A DNA stretch of 64,000 nt from Octopus vulgaris. Lineage: Eukaryota. Under the pieces are notes generated by a model. It was not told the DNA's origin and made no database searches. It saw only the letters and a program-made list of their open reading frames with translations. The DNA is taken from assembly GCA_951406725.2 (NCBI GenBank), contig OX597821.1, forward strand, positions 64,852,001 through 64,916,000, read 5' to 3'. Made by a program: the position numbers and the translations under genes. How positions within the stretch are numbered: position 1 is the stretch's first letter; every line of letters begins with the position of its first letter. Of the stretch, positions 23,081 to 38,055 are shown piece after piece.

Positions 23081-24699
23081 CCGAAATGGAGTTTTATCGG
23101 ATAAGCGCCAGTTGCTCGGAAATATTTTTTTAATGTTAAAAACACATATGTAAGTCATGTTTTTTTTTGTCATAGCTATATCACCTAACCTAAACTTTCG
23201 GTGTTTTACATGCATAATTTGTTTTAGAACACAAAGACATAAATGGCTCCTAGATTAACATTCATAGATACACCCTAAGATATCCCTATGGTAAATATGT
23301 TGCTTTATTTACTAGGTATATGTGAATTAACTCATTACATATAGTATTCAGCTACTTGACAATAACTATGAACTGACAAAAATCTTCCATAAACATACTT
23401 TTCATTTCCAACAGATTTTTCATCAGTACAATAATGTTTGAATGTCGTAAGATAATCACTTCACTATCTATTTTTTATTAACTACAACGTTGTTTTTATT
23501 TTAAGAATACTTCTGTTCTTTACATTTTAAATTGCTTTTTGAACAACATCTAGCAATTTACCATTACTGTCTTTATCTTTTAACAGTGATGTATAACATC
23601 GTGTTATTTGTATAGAGCATGTTTATTTTTCTGCCATTTATTATTCCTACAAACTTTCATGACAATCATTCCGATATATTCAAAGATAACACAATATATA
23701 AAATTTTATTAACCAATTCTGGAAACAGTTAGTTCTTTGAGTCGTAATATTAAAATAAAAAGAAACGTTAAATTTTAAAGATAATTGTTCTATGAGGGTT
23801 CCTTAATTTGTTTACTTAGATAAATCCATACATTTCGCAGACACTTAGCCATTGTTAATAGTTTATTGATTTCATTCAATGTTTTACATTTTGGTTAAAG
23901 GAAAATTAATTTTTTTTTTAAATACTTACTTTCTCCGGATTTGACGTTTCCTTTCTATTTGGCATTACCTATAGTTTTTGTTGTAGCGTCCTTATATCAT
24001 CGGAAACAAAATAATAGTTCTATATATTCCTAGGAATATTATTTATTTCATTGTTAATTCACGTAAATACGAGCTAAAATGTTCTATAATAAAAAATGTA
24101 GAAATTTCTTTGAAAAAATACAGTTTTCTTTTCAATTTATTGATATACCTGAATATATTTTAAGCCACATTTACAACAACATTTTTTTATTATAAGATAA
24201 AAATAAAAATTCTCGTTAGATATACAGCTAAAATAGTTGAGAGTTAACTTTTTTAATACGCCTTAATCTTAGTTTTATTTATTTATGTCCGTTACTGAAG
24301 AGTGTCGCTTTGTTCAAACTTTCAAGTTACAATGACTTAATTTTTATACGTTTTGTTAGCCGTTACAATAATCAATAGGGTTATATGTATATTAAACCCA
24401 ATAAATACACCCATACACTCTATATATACATGCACTCTGTGCACAGATATAATTTATATACACATATATTCATGCTCACACACATCAGAATCTTGTTGGT
24501 ACGTCGCATTGACCATCAAACAACTTTCGTCCGATTGTGTCTTTGAGCACATAGCTTATACAAAACAATCCTCGTTTTGTCCTCATCATTTAATCTCAGG
24601 TCAGCCCTGACCTATGAAGTCTGTGATCAAGATGTTACCATATCCATTGTTTTCATATACAGTACGTCTAGGGTTACATAATCCAATATATCCTGCCTT

Positions 24700-25200
24700 T
24701 TCAATTAGGTGACAATGTTTTAAAATAGATTTGGTTGCTATTTTTATAAGATCAAGTAACTGTCTAAGTGCCACGACGCAAGCTTCGGCTAAAAATTTAG
24801 TTGCAATATATTTAGTGCATGCAACCATCGAGTCTGTTGTCTAACTTCATTTTTGACCTAAACTCAACTTAACCAACTTGTAACTTATCTATTGTGACTG
24901 AACACATGAAAATATGAAAACAAGGCTTTACTCGAATTAGATCACCTCCCAAATTTGCTGTTAGTTGAATCATTAACACCTCCATAGAAAAGAAAATATT
25001 GTTTTCTTCAATAGGGATTTGGATTGGTTTGAATTCGAATCCTATCAACATTTGCCTCATGAAAAATGACCTTGATATTTCTCCATCATATCTATCAGTT
25101 GTGTTTTGCTATTTGGAATTACGGAAATATGAACTTTTCTCCTGCTCTTTGATATTAGAAGGGGTCCCCGCTTTTCGAGGAATGCATTTTATGCGAACCC
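24700..25200 (-). mobile_element. Highly decayed Penelope-like RT remnant
   Basis: RKAGTPSNI ... RYDGE ... PIQIPIEENNIFFSMEVLM...VKP loosely follows Penelope RT motifs MGTP / RYVDD / I.FT.E.E.NN.L.FLDV / YRKP. Confidence 0.3.
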
Positions 25201-25779
25201 GTTTTCGAAGTGTTGAATTTATTACGTTCCCACTTCTGTAAGGAATCGAACTCATTTTCCTCCACCTCGTTCATGACATATTGTTATAGATCTTAACTGG
25301 GGAAACTGAGTGACAACGGCTTCTGTTAATATTTAGTGCCACATATACATAGGTTGTTTAGTTACTTTACTGTGGCTCAATAACTAGATTGACATTTTGC
25401 TTTCAGCGACAGAATGCCTGGCTAATCGGAAGCCACAATAGCAACCAACGTCTTTCTCCCGTCCGTCACAAGTCTGAAATGATTTATGCTTGCACATTTA
25501 AAGTCAATGATATTGGAAGTGAGCGCGTGTATTCCTATTGTCACAAAGGGCATTTGCATCCTGCGATTTCCTCATATTTACCGATGCAGAACGTCCAGAA
25601 CTTGGGTCATTTTCTAAACTCGCCCTTCTCTTCCTTAATTCAGTTGCCTACAATTGCACTGGTGAGCGTCATCCTTTAATGTAGGAACCAAGTCAGTACG
25701 AATGTCCTTGGGGGTTAAACACTTCTTTCTGTTAAGTCCTGCATAAGACGAATATACCGAATTCCGTTCATCTCCAAGT

Positions 25780-26043
25780 GAAATCGCTACTAGTTAATTT
25801 TGAAGTCTTCTTTGAACAGAAAAATGTCAGATAACTTAGAAAAAAACAATGCAATTATGAACCAGAATCCTCCTCAAGTACCGGAGCGATCCCGAAATCT
25901 AATCTGTTCGTGCCAGTCCCGAGGCCAAACATCCTTGAAAGTTATATCCAAATCCATCCAGCGGTTCTTGAGATATCTTGTCTACGGACAAACAAACAAG
26001 ACTGAAAACAATAACTCTGCCTTCGCTAAGGCGGAAGTAACAA
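25780..26043 (-). mobile_element. HINE/Helentron-like non-autonomous repeat, copy 1
   Basis: Reverse complement of 30005-30310. Carries the terminal hairpin gccttcgctaaggc, a GTTT/GTCC microsatellite and the gatatctcaagaaccgctggatggatt motif. Confidence 0.6.
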
Positions 26044-26921
26044 TGACTGTTTGAGATTCAATACATGCAAATTTCACAGCGCTAACATCGCTCTTTCTTA
26101 GTCAGTCTATGAACTTTTCAGCCTACTGTCTTAGACTACCTTCATCGACTTATTTTATAAGGATAGCCTTAAACTAACTAAGAGATCTCTCTTGGTACTA
26201 TTATTTCCTTCATCTTCACAAACGTATCGTTAAAAACAGCGCACGTACTACACTGGCATTTTACTTCAAACAAAATATCTCAACAGCCGAAAAGATAGCA
26301 TTTAGGTAGTTGTTCAACCTTCTTCAAATAGCAGCCATGAATCCCTCAAATTGAACGCTACTCTCTTAAATAAAGAAAAAAACATAACATAATACTGCCC
26401 GCTTCATATCTCATTAAAAAAACACACCTTTCTCGGCTGGAATGCGTTAAATATAGCTCTGCTGGTTGATGGATTGACTTGGGGTTAAAGGACACTAGCA
26501 ACAGTGATACAGTGATGACAACAACATCAACAACAAAAACAACAAGAACGTCAATTATTCCAAAGGTGAGTCACTTCGTTGCATGTCATATATGGAATGT
26601 ATGGCCTGAATTCATTAATCTCTTTCACGTGGGTTTTCAAGATGCCTTATCTTATGGGATATTCTAACGCGTGGTCGTAGCTCCTACATTTTTTTCTGTT
26701 TTCCTTTTTTCCCCATATTAACATAGAAATCAATGCATGAACATATAGCTTTTGCAAATATGCTTGTTTTTCGATGTCGTTCTTTTCATTACTATAGTTA
26801 TTTTTCCAATATTTCTTGACAGAAATTACTATTGTCCCTGATGTAACTGTTGTTGTTCTTGGCGTCGTATTCAAATGTGTCTACATTAAGAATAACATTT
26901 TTTTATTGTTTTGTTATGCAT

Positions 26922-26924
26922 TAT

Positions 26925-26961
<37 letters not shown>

Positions 26962-26962
26962 G

Positions 26963-27027
<65 letters not shown>

Positions 27028-27179
27028 ATCATCATTATGATTGTTATTATCATTACTATTTTTGTTGCCGCTATTTTTTCTTCTTTTTCTCCTCCTCCTC
27101 CCCCACCTTCTTCTTCTCATTATTTTATCGTCTTCCTCCTCCTCCTCCTCCTCCTCCTCCTCATTATTATTATTATTAA

Positions 27180-27228
<49 letters not shown>

Positions 27229-27247
27229 GTTATTATTATTATTATTC
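26922..27247. repeat. Compound trinucleotide microsatellite (CAT)n(TAT)n(CCT)n(TAT)n
   Basis: Directly visible; the source of the poly-I/H/Y/N/L ORFs. Confidence 0.95.
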
Positions 27248-27839
27248 ATGATGTCATTGTTAGTGTTGTTTTCAATGCTGGAATTATTAATGCTATTTGG
27301 GCAAATGTTCCTAACACACAAAAGATTTGCATTTTCTTTCTCATTCTCCGAAACAGGATGTTTGTAACGACTATTTTTGTTGAAAACTTCTTCCACTGCC
27401 ATCACCGTAGCCTTGTCTTCTTGTTGAAAAGAATTTATATTTCGAAAGAAATAGCAAATAGCAAAATTTCTTTCCTTAAATTTATAAAAAAAAAATATGT
27501 ATATAAAAGAAATTTAAGCTCTCGTCTTCTGCCTTTATATAAAAATAACAAAGCAAACACAACACATCTCCTTACGTTAGAGAAAACAAATATTATATCA
27601 AGTCAAACCGGGAGCTGCTTTAAGACACGTCTTTCCGCGGCAAAATTCAAAAATAAACAACATTAATAATTATGTAAAAAAAATAATAACAATAGAGATT
27701 TCTTTATTTCCTATAAGAGCAAATAACTACAAAACTTTTAAATACACTAGCCATGACAAGCGTTTAGGGATATATACAAATCAACAATGTCTAAAACACA
27801 TAATCCAAAATACATAAACTTAGGTATACAGTTATATTT

Positions 27840-28292
27840 ACTTTTGTACTTTACTTGCTTCAGTCATTAGACTGCGGCCATGCTGGGGCACAGTCTTGAA
27901 GAATATGTAGACGAAATAATCGACCGCAATAATTTTTCGTTTTTAAATGTGGTATGCTTTCTGTCTTTTGCCGAACCGCTAACTTATGGAGACGTAAACA
28001 CACCAACTACCGGGTATCAAGCGGAGATGGCGGACAAACACAGATACAAAGATACACACGCACGCACGCACGCACACACACGCACACACAGACACACACA
28101 CACATCACAGATACACACGTGTGTGTGTGTGTGCGTATGACGCGCCCCTTTGAATTACTTTCAATCAAATCCACTCACAACACTAGTCGGCCTGGGGTTA
28201 TACGAAAAAGCACTTGCTCCATGTGCCAAGGAGTGAGACAGAACCCGGAACCATTTGGCTGGAAACCAAACTTCTTACCACATCGCCACGCC
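27840..28292 (-). mobile_element. SINE family C (diverged copy)
   Basis: Colinear with 60872-61301. Confidence 0.75.
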
Positions 28293-30004
28293 TGTGTCTG
28301 TTTGTATACATAATCAAAATAAACGCACATACGTGCATGAATCAAGGCGAGGATAGACTAAATGGCCACTTGTCCTGCTAAAAACAGTAAACAAATTCCA
28401 TAAAATCATACTAAGAAATCTCACAGAAAGCATCCATTTGATAATGTGACCCACACGCATGTTTTACCTCTAAAAATGTTATTGTATCGTCAGGGACAAA
28501 TGATGCGTTTCGTATATATATCTCGGAGTATATCTCCAGGTAACTAGGAACTTAGAAAAGTATTACGACGAACGTAACTGAACTCTCTAAGAAAAATGTA
28601 TAAAAATCATTAAATTGAATGCTGGCAGATATCCCTGATAAACAGCTTAAACGTCATTGAGTCAACCGTAACCGAGAAGGGTTGAGCATCTGGTCTTTTA
28701 TTTCATATGAAAAAGGAATGGGATCCGTTGGTCAGAAGGCCTACCAGGTGCCAACATTCTCTTCACAAAGTGTTCGGAGATGATGTTATTAAGATAAGCA
28801 AGGGTATGCCGAGGCGTAGAAACATGGGTAAATATTCCTAGCCTCTGACCAGACGTGATAACCATTTGTCCTTGACAACTTTTCTGGACCTCTCTCTCAC
28901 TCTCACTCTCCATTCCCATCTCCCCCCTTTCCACCCCCTCCCTTCCCCCATCTTCCCCCCTCTCTAATGAAACTGCAGTCTCGGGTCAATCGGATAACCA
29001 GATGGCGCGGCTGGCATCTGGAATCTTGCCAACAGCACACAGTCTTCCAACACTCAGTTGTTAAAACCACTGGAACGTTGTTCCTTAGATTCGATAGAGA
29101 ATTGATTAGTATTACTATTAATACCGCTGTTAGGAGTTTTAATGAGAACGTTCTAGCAAGTCAGGAAGAAGTTGTCAAGAATCAGCTAAACACTCAATTT
29201 CGGCTGACTTTTAAGCCAGAGACCACAAAAAAACTAATAAATATTGCTACCAAAGGTTATTACAATTCCGATATTAAAGTATTTAGGAACCGCAATGACT
29301 ATTAACTAGGTATATGTAAGAAGCGGGCAGATTGAGGGAACCGTTTTTTGCGATAAGTGTAGCAGAGACTGAATCGAGTTGAAGTATGATCTAAGTTGAA
29401 GTAAGATCTGACATATATGATAAGAGAGGGAAAATAGGAACACAAGAGACATTTAAACCAACTAAAAAACAAAATGGATACCCATGGAGGTGTTCTATAA
29501 CACCTTTGCTGTTCCAAAGCCACAAGAAATCGAACCTAAGCGGAGCAGCATAAGGAAAAGGAAACAGAGAGAACGGTGGAAGTAGTGCCTAAACGGAAGA
29601 AATATTAAACTTCCTGAGGAGGAAAGTTTCAAACAGGGAGATGTAATGAAAAAAAGAAAAATAGATAAAAATAATATAATTGATTTCCAACAGAAGTCAA
29701 TCTCAAAGAGAGAGATGTTTTGGCTAGAGTCATTGACACCTCTGGCGTATTAAAAGAATAGACTAGTTGAAGAGTAGCGACAAGAGGTCGGTAAGAATCG
29801 CTAAGAGGGCGTTTTGGAGTCTCGCAAAGTACGTGATGTGAACATATTGGTTTTACCTCGCATTATTAAATTATATATCCAACGCTTGTCAAGGATATAA
29901 AGCGTCTTTACTAATTACTTCCTGCAACTCATCTAAATCTTCTAATCTTCTTCACTTAAATCACTTACGTCGTTGGTGCCATTGTCCCTTCCTTATTGGT
30001 AGCG

Positions 30005-30310
30005 CTATTATTTCCGCCTTAGCGAAGGCGAAGGCATTGCTTGCAGTCGTATTTGTTTGTCTGTGGATAAGATATCTCAAGGGTCACTGGATGGATTCGG
30101 GTGAAACTTTCAGAGGTGTTTGGCCTTGTGACTGACACGAAATGCTTAGATTTGGGGATTCTGGAATATTTTTCCGATTTCTTTACTTAAATTTTGAGAG
30201 CAGTCGAGTTTATTTCAGATATTCTCGATTTAATAATAATCTCCGGCTAATGGTTGAGAGGACGTTGGTGCTGCCTTCGCGGAGGTTTGCGCTGGCTCAG
30301 TGCTCTTGTT
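30005..30310 (+). mobile_element. HINE/Helentron-like non-autonomous repeat, copy 2
   Basis: ttccgccttagcgaaggcgaagg...gtttgtctgtggataagatatctcaag; an inverted copy of 25780-26043. Confidence 0.6.
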
Positions 30311-30314
30311 ATTT

Positions 30315-30680
30315 TCCTTTAGATTCTTCTTGGGTTTGAGCTGTATCTCTTATGTTGTTGTTTCTTTTTCCCACTGCCTGGTCTTTCTTTTACAGTTCTC
30401 TTGTGATCTCTTCTACCTCAAATTCTGTCATCCACTTTGTTCTCCTAATAGCATTAATTTGATCAATTAATATCTGCTCAGTCACTATAAACCTGCACTT
30501 CTCTACCCAAAGTGTTAACATCCGTTTTCTATAGCCCCTTCTTTTACGTTCACTTTCTAAGTAGCACTGCATCACTATCCTGTTTTCTTCGTTGGTCCAC
30601 TTCCTCCTCCTTCCTCTATCATCTGCTAAAGCTGTATTAGGATGACAGCTCTGGTCAGTCTGCATCCCCCACTACTTCTG
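30315..30680 (-). mobile_element. R4/Dong-clade non-LTR retrotransposon N-terminal fragment
   Basis: RRKWTNEENRIVMQCY...RGYRKRMLTLW...TEQILIDQINAIRRTKW..FEVEEI resembles the conserved N-terminus of R4/Dong ORFs. Confidence 0.7.
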
Positions 30681-30882
30681 CTCATGATCAGAGATGCACA
30701 TATCGTCAGCCACTAAGGGAAATTCTCAACTGGTTAAGGTCAAACACTTAACAAGTAAGTTTGTGTTATTGAGCAGAATATTTGCTGTAGCCTTTCTTTT
30801 ATACAAATCAAAACAATGTGCATGATAACACTTGTTAATATCTCTATTATTATTATTATTATTATTATCATTATTATTATTA

Positions 30883-30938
<56 letters not shown>

Positions 30939-33191
30939 TGTGTTTGCCTCTACTGCGCTCGGACGTAGTTTCGCTTTGGTCTATTTTGAATTTTTCCCCG
31001 TAAAACTATGCAGAAAACATTTTTATGGGAAAATTCTGCATAAAACTGTAGGAATATATTTCCTTTTATTTTTTTTGTGTTTGTTTTTCTTTCCCGTTTA
31101 GAAGAAGAATATTAATTTGAGAAACAAAAATTTGACTTCCACTCGTAAATTACCAGCATAGCTACCCGATGCAGAAAGATTTACCAAAACACGAACGAAA
31201 ACAAACATATTTTTACAGAAATTAAATAGAAAGAAAAACAAATTCAATTTCTCGCCAGAAAATATGCATTTCACAAAAAAACAAAAATTCTTTTTTTCTG
31301 ACAGAAAATAATATTTTGAGCAATTTAAGTGAGGTGAGAAAATATAAGGACAGTAATATAACAGCAGTAACAAGAGCAACAAAACGACACTGTAAAACTG
31401 AAACATATTTTGTCAAACTAAAGAATGTTTGGTGAAATTGTATTGAGCAATGAATAACACAATTGTAGCCATCTTTTTGCAAAATTTGCATCCAATAAAC
31501 AAGCTGTACACTTAAATTATTTGGTGGAAGAGTAAACGTCTGTCTGGCAGAGTTTTGTGATCAAGCTGTGACAATGGAAAATGTAGTCCTACGTCAGTCA
31601 CACTCAAACTGTGTAAGAGAGAAAGAAAAATAACGTATGACCCTATCTCATAAACCACAACTGCCCTTCTCGTGCTTGTGTGAGAATAGATACTGACAGC
31701 TTGGGCTGATATGCGTGCGCAATGTTATCTCCTTCATTGCCTGAGAGGGTGTATACTAAAGTGCTTGTACAGTATTCAATTAAAGACGGAGTGAAAACGA
31801 CGTTTGAGCTGGTGGCTGCAGAACTGGCCAGAATATTCTGTTGTAATAACTGGTATGCTGAAATCGGAAGGATAAAACAAAAGATATTTGCTACAACTTG
31901 ACACTTGTCTCGTTGTCCTTTTAATATCACATGCAAGAAATTAAGTGCCGCGATGAATGCAAGTGACATTTAGTCGGATAAACTGTGCATCGATATACAA
32001 TTACTAAGGGAACTTAATAGTGGCACTATGACAGTAGAGTTGGAATGGCTGAAAAAAGGCCATCGTACCATCTACAAAGTGTGATATGCAGTGGGTGCCG
32101 AATCGAATGTCATAAGTTTGTTGATACTGAACTGAAAGGCTAATTGCTACAGAGATGGGAGCCAAGTGTCCTTGAACTGTTTATGCCCATGCGGATCAAT
32201 AGATGACTAAGTCAACAGAAAAGACTGCAACAACAACAGAACGCCAAAGCTACTGCTCTCTGGATACTAAATACCACAGATCCTTGGACGGTGGAATAGC
32301 TTTCGCATGTCCTCAAAACTAAAAGTTCACGAACGAAAACCGAACGAAAAACCTGATTAAAAACCCGATGAGCAGAATGTCGTGTCCTAGCAGCATTAAT
32401 ATACACGTTTTTGGTATTGGGGAGGAAGTTGAGCTGATAAGCTCCTGTAAACATCCGGAGAAAAAATAGGAAAGATAAAAATATGGATCCTAAGGATCCT
32501 AAGAGCGACAAAAAGGGGCATAAACCCCTTATGGCATTGAATGCTATAATAATATTTCCAGAAAAATTTTATTTAACGTAGAACAAAGAAGATAATTATG
32601 GATGGAATGTTTACTGGAAATGGGGAAAGCTTGTAAAAAAGTTTAAAAAATGAATTTTGGTAAATGCTACGCTGGTGAAAAATAAATGTTTAACTGGCTA
32701 TGACACTAAGAAAGTAGAGTTGGAATGGTTGAAAAAAAATATAACTTCGCATAAATAATATTGGACGAAGTAGGCTCTGTTAAAAGAAAAAGGATTCGAG
32801 CCCGCAAGTGTCCTGATCTAGTCCTGGAAGCGGTTTCGCACCATGAGTGCGTTTGCGTGTGTGTGCCTGCCTTTGTCTGTGTATATGTGTGTGCATGTGA
32901 ACGTGTGCGCACTTGTGTGTGTGTGCACGCGCACGCGGCTGTTTGTGTGTATGTTTGTGTAGGTGTTGTGTGTAGGATGCCCTATTTGTCTTTTTGCTTT
33001 AATAACTTTTAGCATATTTTTCATGTTTATTTAATATCATCCTTTAAAATTCCATTTCAGATCATAGTTTTACTATCTAACTGCATGCATCGCATGTTTT
33101 TGTTTTCTTTTTAAGTTCAAGTTTTTGGTATTTTTCATAATTTGAAAATTCTATTGTCAGTAATCGATATGTTTGATTGTAATCTGCATGT

Positions 33192-33229
<38 letters not shown>

Positions 33230-33239
33230 GCACACACAC

Positions 33240-33346
<107 letters not shown>

Positions 33347-35829
33347 TGTATAATACTTGTGTTGAGTTATAATAACCTGAATCTATTTTCCAGAGTAACT
33401 TATTATTATTACGAAATAATTTCAATTTCAATATCCAACTTCCAGCCATCTCTATTATGTGATATTTGTATTTGGATAGTTTATTCCTGTGTATCAGTTG
33501 TACATTGTCGTGTTTCAGTTGGTACATCAATTAGGGTATAATTTTTTCTGCTGAATAATACTTCCAATAATACTGCATCAATTTTCTTTGATATTACTCA
33601 GTATATAAATCGACGGATCAGAAAATAGATCTTTTATTTAAAAAAAAAATTTTTCTCCAGTAATTGTAATGATGGTTACCTGGTTCCAATCGCATATCCT
33701 CTGAAAGGGATGCCGGACTGTTGCAGAGTTTAAGGCTAACAATTTGAAGAGACGGGGACAAGTCGATTGTATAGAGACCAGGATTGACTATTACCTTACG
33801 TTATTGAACCCCACCCCAAGTTAGGAAAGTTAAAGTTGATTTTCGCGGGTTTGGAACCGGAAGAGACGCCATCAAGCATTTTGCTTGTCGTACAAACTAT
33901 TCTGCAAAAATGACGCCTTAAAACAGAATATGAACACTATATAAATTTTCACAATTTTTATGATATACTGTTTCGTCTGTATTATTCTTTCATGATTTTG
34001 GCATAGCTTTCTGTGTACAAAGCATCCAAACCATTCTCATTGATTTACACACTGTTTTATTTGGGTTGTCATTCATTTTGTGTTAATTGTCTCAACTTAT
34101 TCAGAACTAATTTTTGTAGATTGTCTCATTATTTATATTTCATACCAACGATCAAAATTTGTAGTTGGACATCTGGGGGTTATATGTATTATTTGAGATA
34201 TTATTTTTCTAATTTCATATCTTTTCATGTCAGTTGTGTTGTGTCTTGGCCTGATAACTTAAATTTAAGACATATGTTTTGTATTGTTGTATCTCGGGAG
34301 TGGCGGGAGGTAATTATGCAAATAATAACTACACCTACCGGTTGTGTTTCATTTCTTTATTAGTATTTGTATATTGGTTAGCCATTTAACCAACTACTTC
34401 ATCGATTTACTGATTAAACATTCGATCCGTCAATCAATCCGCAAGGTCCGTAAAAGACCTTCCATTCCCGTTCACGGCTGCATCAATGATACACACTCTG
34501 TAATTCAGGTCTGCTTCAGGTCTCTTTGTTTCCAAGTTTATTGTAAACTAGGCAATGAAATGACTTCGATAAACCTAGCTGATTGATTTATTGACCGAAT
34601 GATTTATCAAATAATCGGTAAGTTAATTGTTTCATTGTTTCAATGATTAACCATTTCACAAATAAAGAAGTGAAACAGGGCCAGTGCATGTATCTATTAT
34701 TGTCGTAATAACCGTCCCGAGATACAACAAAATATGTTTCAACACACGAGCTCACACCAAGTGCAAACCAAGTAAAGCAAAAAAATTCTAATAGCTGATT
34801 CTTTAAAGAGAAGCATCTGTGACATTATAGTTCACATTATATAATCACATTTTAGCAGCAGAAGTTTCTACCTAAATCTGTTCGCAGAAGGTATATAGTT
34901 TCTGACAGCACGTGTACGGTGTTTTCTAACTGCAGCTATTATCTTTCTTGCTTTCCTATCAAGTCTTGCTAATACATTTAGCTCCCAGTTGAGAATATTA
35001 TATAGAACTATATTATTAACAGAACAGCTAGAGTCTTGATATGCATTGCCATATTTTTGGCATATGATTCAGTTTACCTACGTATTGCATTGCTACGAAA
35101 TTAATGCAATTATTATATTTCTTTTCTTTTAATTGTACACAGTATTGTTTCTTTGCAAATGTACCTATATTTGAATTCCCTTCCTTTTCTATACCAAATG
35201 CCTCATACTTTTCAAGTTGGTTTTCGAGCATTTTACAAATGAAATTTCATGCCAATTTTCTTACCGCATCCGTACATTTTATGTAACAGAGAGTTTCAGA
35301 TTTTCTTTCTTGTTCTTTTTCTCATCTGCAAAACACAGCTTCAGGTCACCAATATACAGTATATAGTTACTTTTTTTTGTGATATCTTTCTCATGGTTAC
35401 TTTATGGACAAAAAAAAAACAGCGATTGGGCTTTAATACAGTTGCCTGGATTAAAGCAACAGACACTTAAAAAAAAAGAAAAATGAAACAAATTACAAAG
35501 GCAAAGGCTAACGTTGTCTTCGAGTTACTATAAATAAGATATGTGATGGTCACCACTGCAATGGCATTATGATAAGCGCATTCGGTAAACTTTGATTTGA
35601 GGCAAATTATTCCCTTAATTTATTAGGCAGTGGTTTAAGCGATGCAATATTTTTTATACACCATTTTTTGTATATTTTTAAACATTAAATTCAAGGAATG
35701 AATGACATAATTTTCACTGCTTGCTATTCTTTGTTTTGGGCTAGTTTTTCTCTCTCCTTCTTTTCCTACCGCTTCTCATTCTCTGTCTGTCTGCCTTTCT
35801 CTCCCTCTCTCTCTCTCTCCCTTTTTCTA

Positions 35830-35880
<51 letters not shown>

Positions 35881-36025
35881 CTTACGTTTAATATGGGAGT
35901 ACATCTGAAGTTGTGTCTCCCTCATATATTCTGTATTTCATTCTCCTCATCTTATAGTGTCTTTTTGTGAATTGTTTGGATAGTGCGCATGTGTCCTCTA
36001 CCACTTCTCTGTCACTCTCACTCAC

Positions 36026-36127
36026 AGTCTCTGGATGATGTGAAATACTTGGTTGTTTTGCGTGAATCTATCTCTTAGTCTCTGGATGATGTGAAGTACT
36101 TGGTTGTTTTGCGTGAATCTATCTCTT
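36026..36127. repeat. Tandem duplication, 2 x 51 bp
   Basis: agtctctggatgatgtgaa[a/g]tacttggttgttttgcgtgaatctatctctt occurs twice with one mismatch. Confidence 0.9.
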
Positions 36128-38015
36128 ACACTCTCTCTTTCTCCATATCAATCTCCCATAATATTTATGCATGATACCTGTATACTGTATCTATCTCTCC
36201 TTACTTCCTCTCATTACGTTGCATGTTTCTTTTCATGTTTAATCTGCGATTACTTCTGCAATCTCTGCCTTCTCTCTTGACTCCATTTCTCTCTTAATTT
36301 CTTGTTTAGTATGAGTGCGGATTACTTATACACTTCATATTTTGTCTCATCTTGTGTACACCATCTCTTGTCGCTCTCGATTGTGACGGGCACTTGTTGA
36401 TTAGTAAATATCATCCGAAAAAGAACGATGTTCATTACCAGGATACCCTCCATTATTCTTTATAAGCACTACCCCACAAAAGAGTGTGTAATCTCTATTT
36501 GGGGATAGTTGGTATTACTAGCAATTAAACACATCGTACCACACCCATTGCTATCAATGGATGATGAAACAACGTGAACAAGAGAACTTCTAGATACTCG
36601 TTCGACTTGCTAAAAAATAACAGCCAAGGCTTCTACAAATGGCATCCAATGAAATATTGGATAATGGGATCAATCCTAAATGTCATGTATTTAGCAATAA
36701 GAGGGAAAGGGCATCTGTGTGCGTGTGTCTATTTTTGATGCACTAAAAATGCAGGCCCAATATTTCAGCATTATATTTAATCATAATATTAATCAACTCT
36801 TTCTGTGTATAGAAGTTTTTTATACTTCGCCAGCGTGACAAAAGTGCCTGATTAGAAGAGCTTTTAAAAGTCAAAACTAAAACATTTTTGATATTTTCAT
36901 GCCTTATCTTCCTCTTTTCGCATACACAAATATCAGATAATTAAATAATAAATATTTATTATTCTGTCTACGCAGAGGAAGTGATATATATTTACATTGG
37001 TTCATATTTTCCCAAAGAAGCTTTTAAACTCTAGATACATCTACTTTATATTTGTTTCAGATTTTATCATATACATATATACTGTACCGGGCATAAATAT
37101 TTATTATTTAATTAGTAACGTGTCGAACAAAAGTACGATACGGAAATTAGAATGGCCATGCAAGCTTCGTTTGGTCCGTGATAAGCATAAATATCTATTA
37201 AGCTGTAGCTCCCTTTGTGGACAGAAAATGGAGACAACTGAATTGATAAACAAACAACAAGACGAGAAACAGATGTATAGGCGTTTCATTTATTTATCTC
37301 TCTATGGGGAAAATTGAATGCATTCACATTAGCTCATCTTTACACAGCGAATCTTAAACACAGTTAGTTATACTACATTTCATAAATATAAGGCGTTGTA
37401 TAGGATTGTATGTATATATATATAATAGATATGGATCAGAGCTAACAATCAAACGTGGAGACCGTTCCATCTAACACTGAATGATCCAGCATGGACGTGT
37501 AGCTCAATATGCAATATAAATACGTCTTCCATGGTATGCTGAAACTATACTAGCCAACCACTTGTAGATCGCAAACAGCTGACTCGTATAGATGACATAC
37601 GCGCCACCGTCTGTGCATAAACACAAACATACACACATGTATACATATATAAAATATGTGCGTGTGGAGTGTGTGTGAAGACAAATATACCGGTCGTGGT
37701 GAATGTGTGTTTATGTGTATATATATTATATATATATATGTGTGTTTGTCGGTTTATGTGCATGTAGATAGCACTATATTCCAACGGATATGCACATATA
37801 CACATATTAGCTTGTTTAAACAGTAATAATTTCAATGTGCATCGAAAAATATAAATATGTATATAGGCTTCAGTTTTGTTGGGCCTAGATATATATATAC
37901 ATACATACATACATACATACATACAACTACAAGCGTGCGCAGACACACACATACACACACACACACAAATTCCCACACGCACATATATATTTACGTGTTT
38001 ATTACTGCATATATA

Positions 38016-38055
<40 letters not shown>

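Noticed and set aside
26850-27666. 251-aa poly-Ile and 163-aa poly-Asn/Glu/Asp ORFs
   Set aside because: Products of trinucleotide microsatellites.
28967-29305. 112-aa non-repetitive ORF
   Set aside because: No recognisable domain. It may be a retroelement N-terminal relic, but there is no supporting motif or splice signal.
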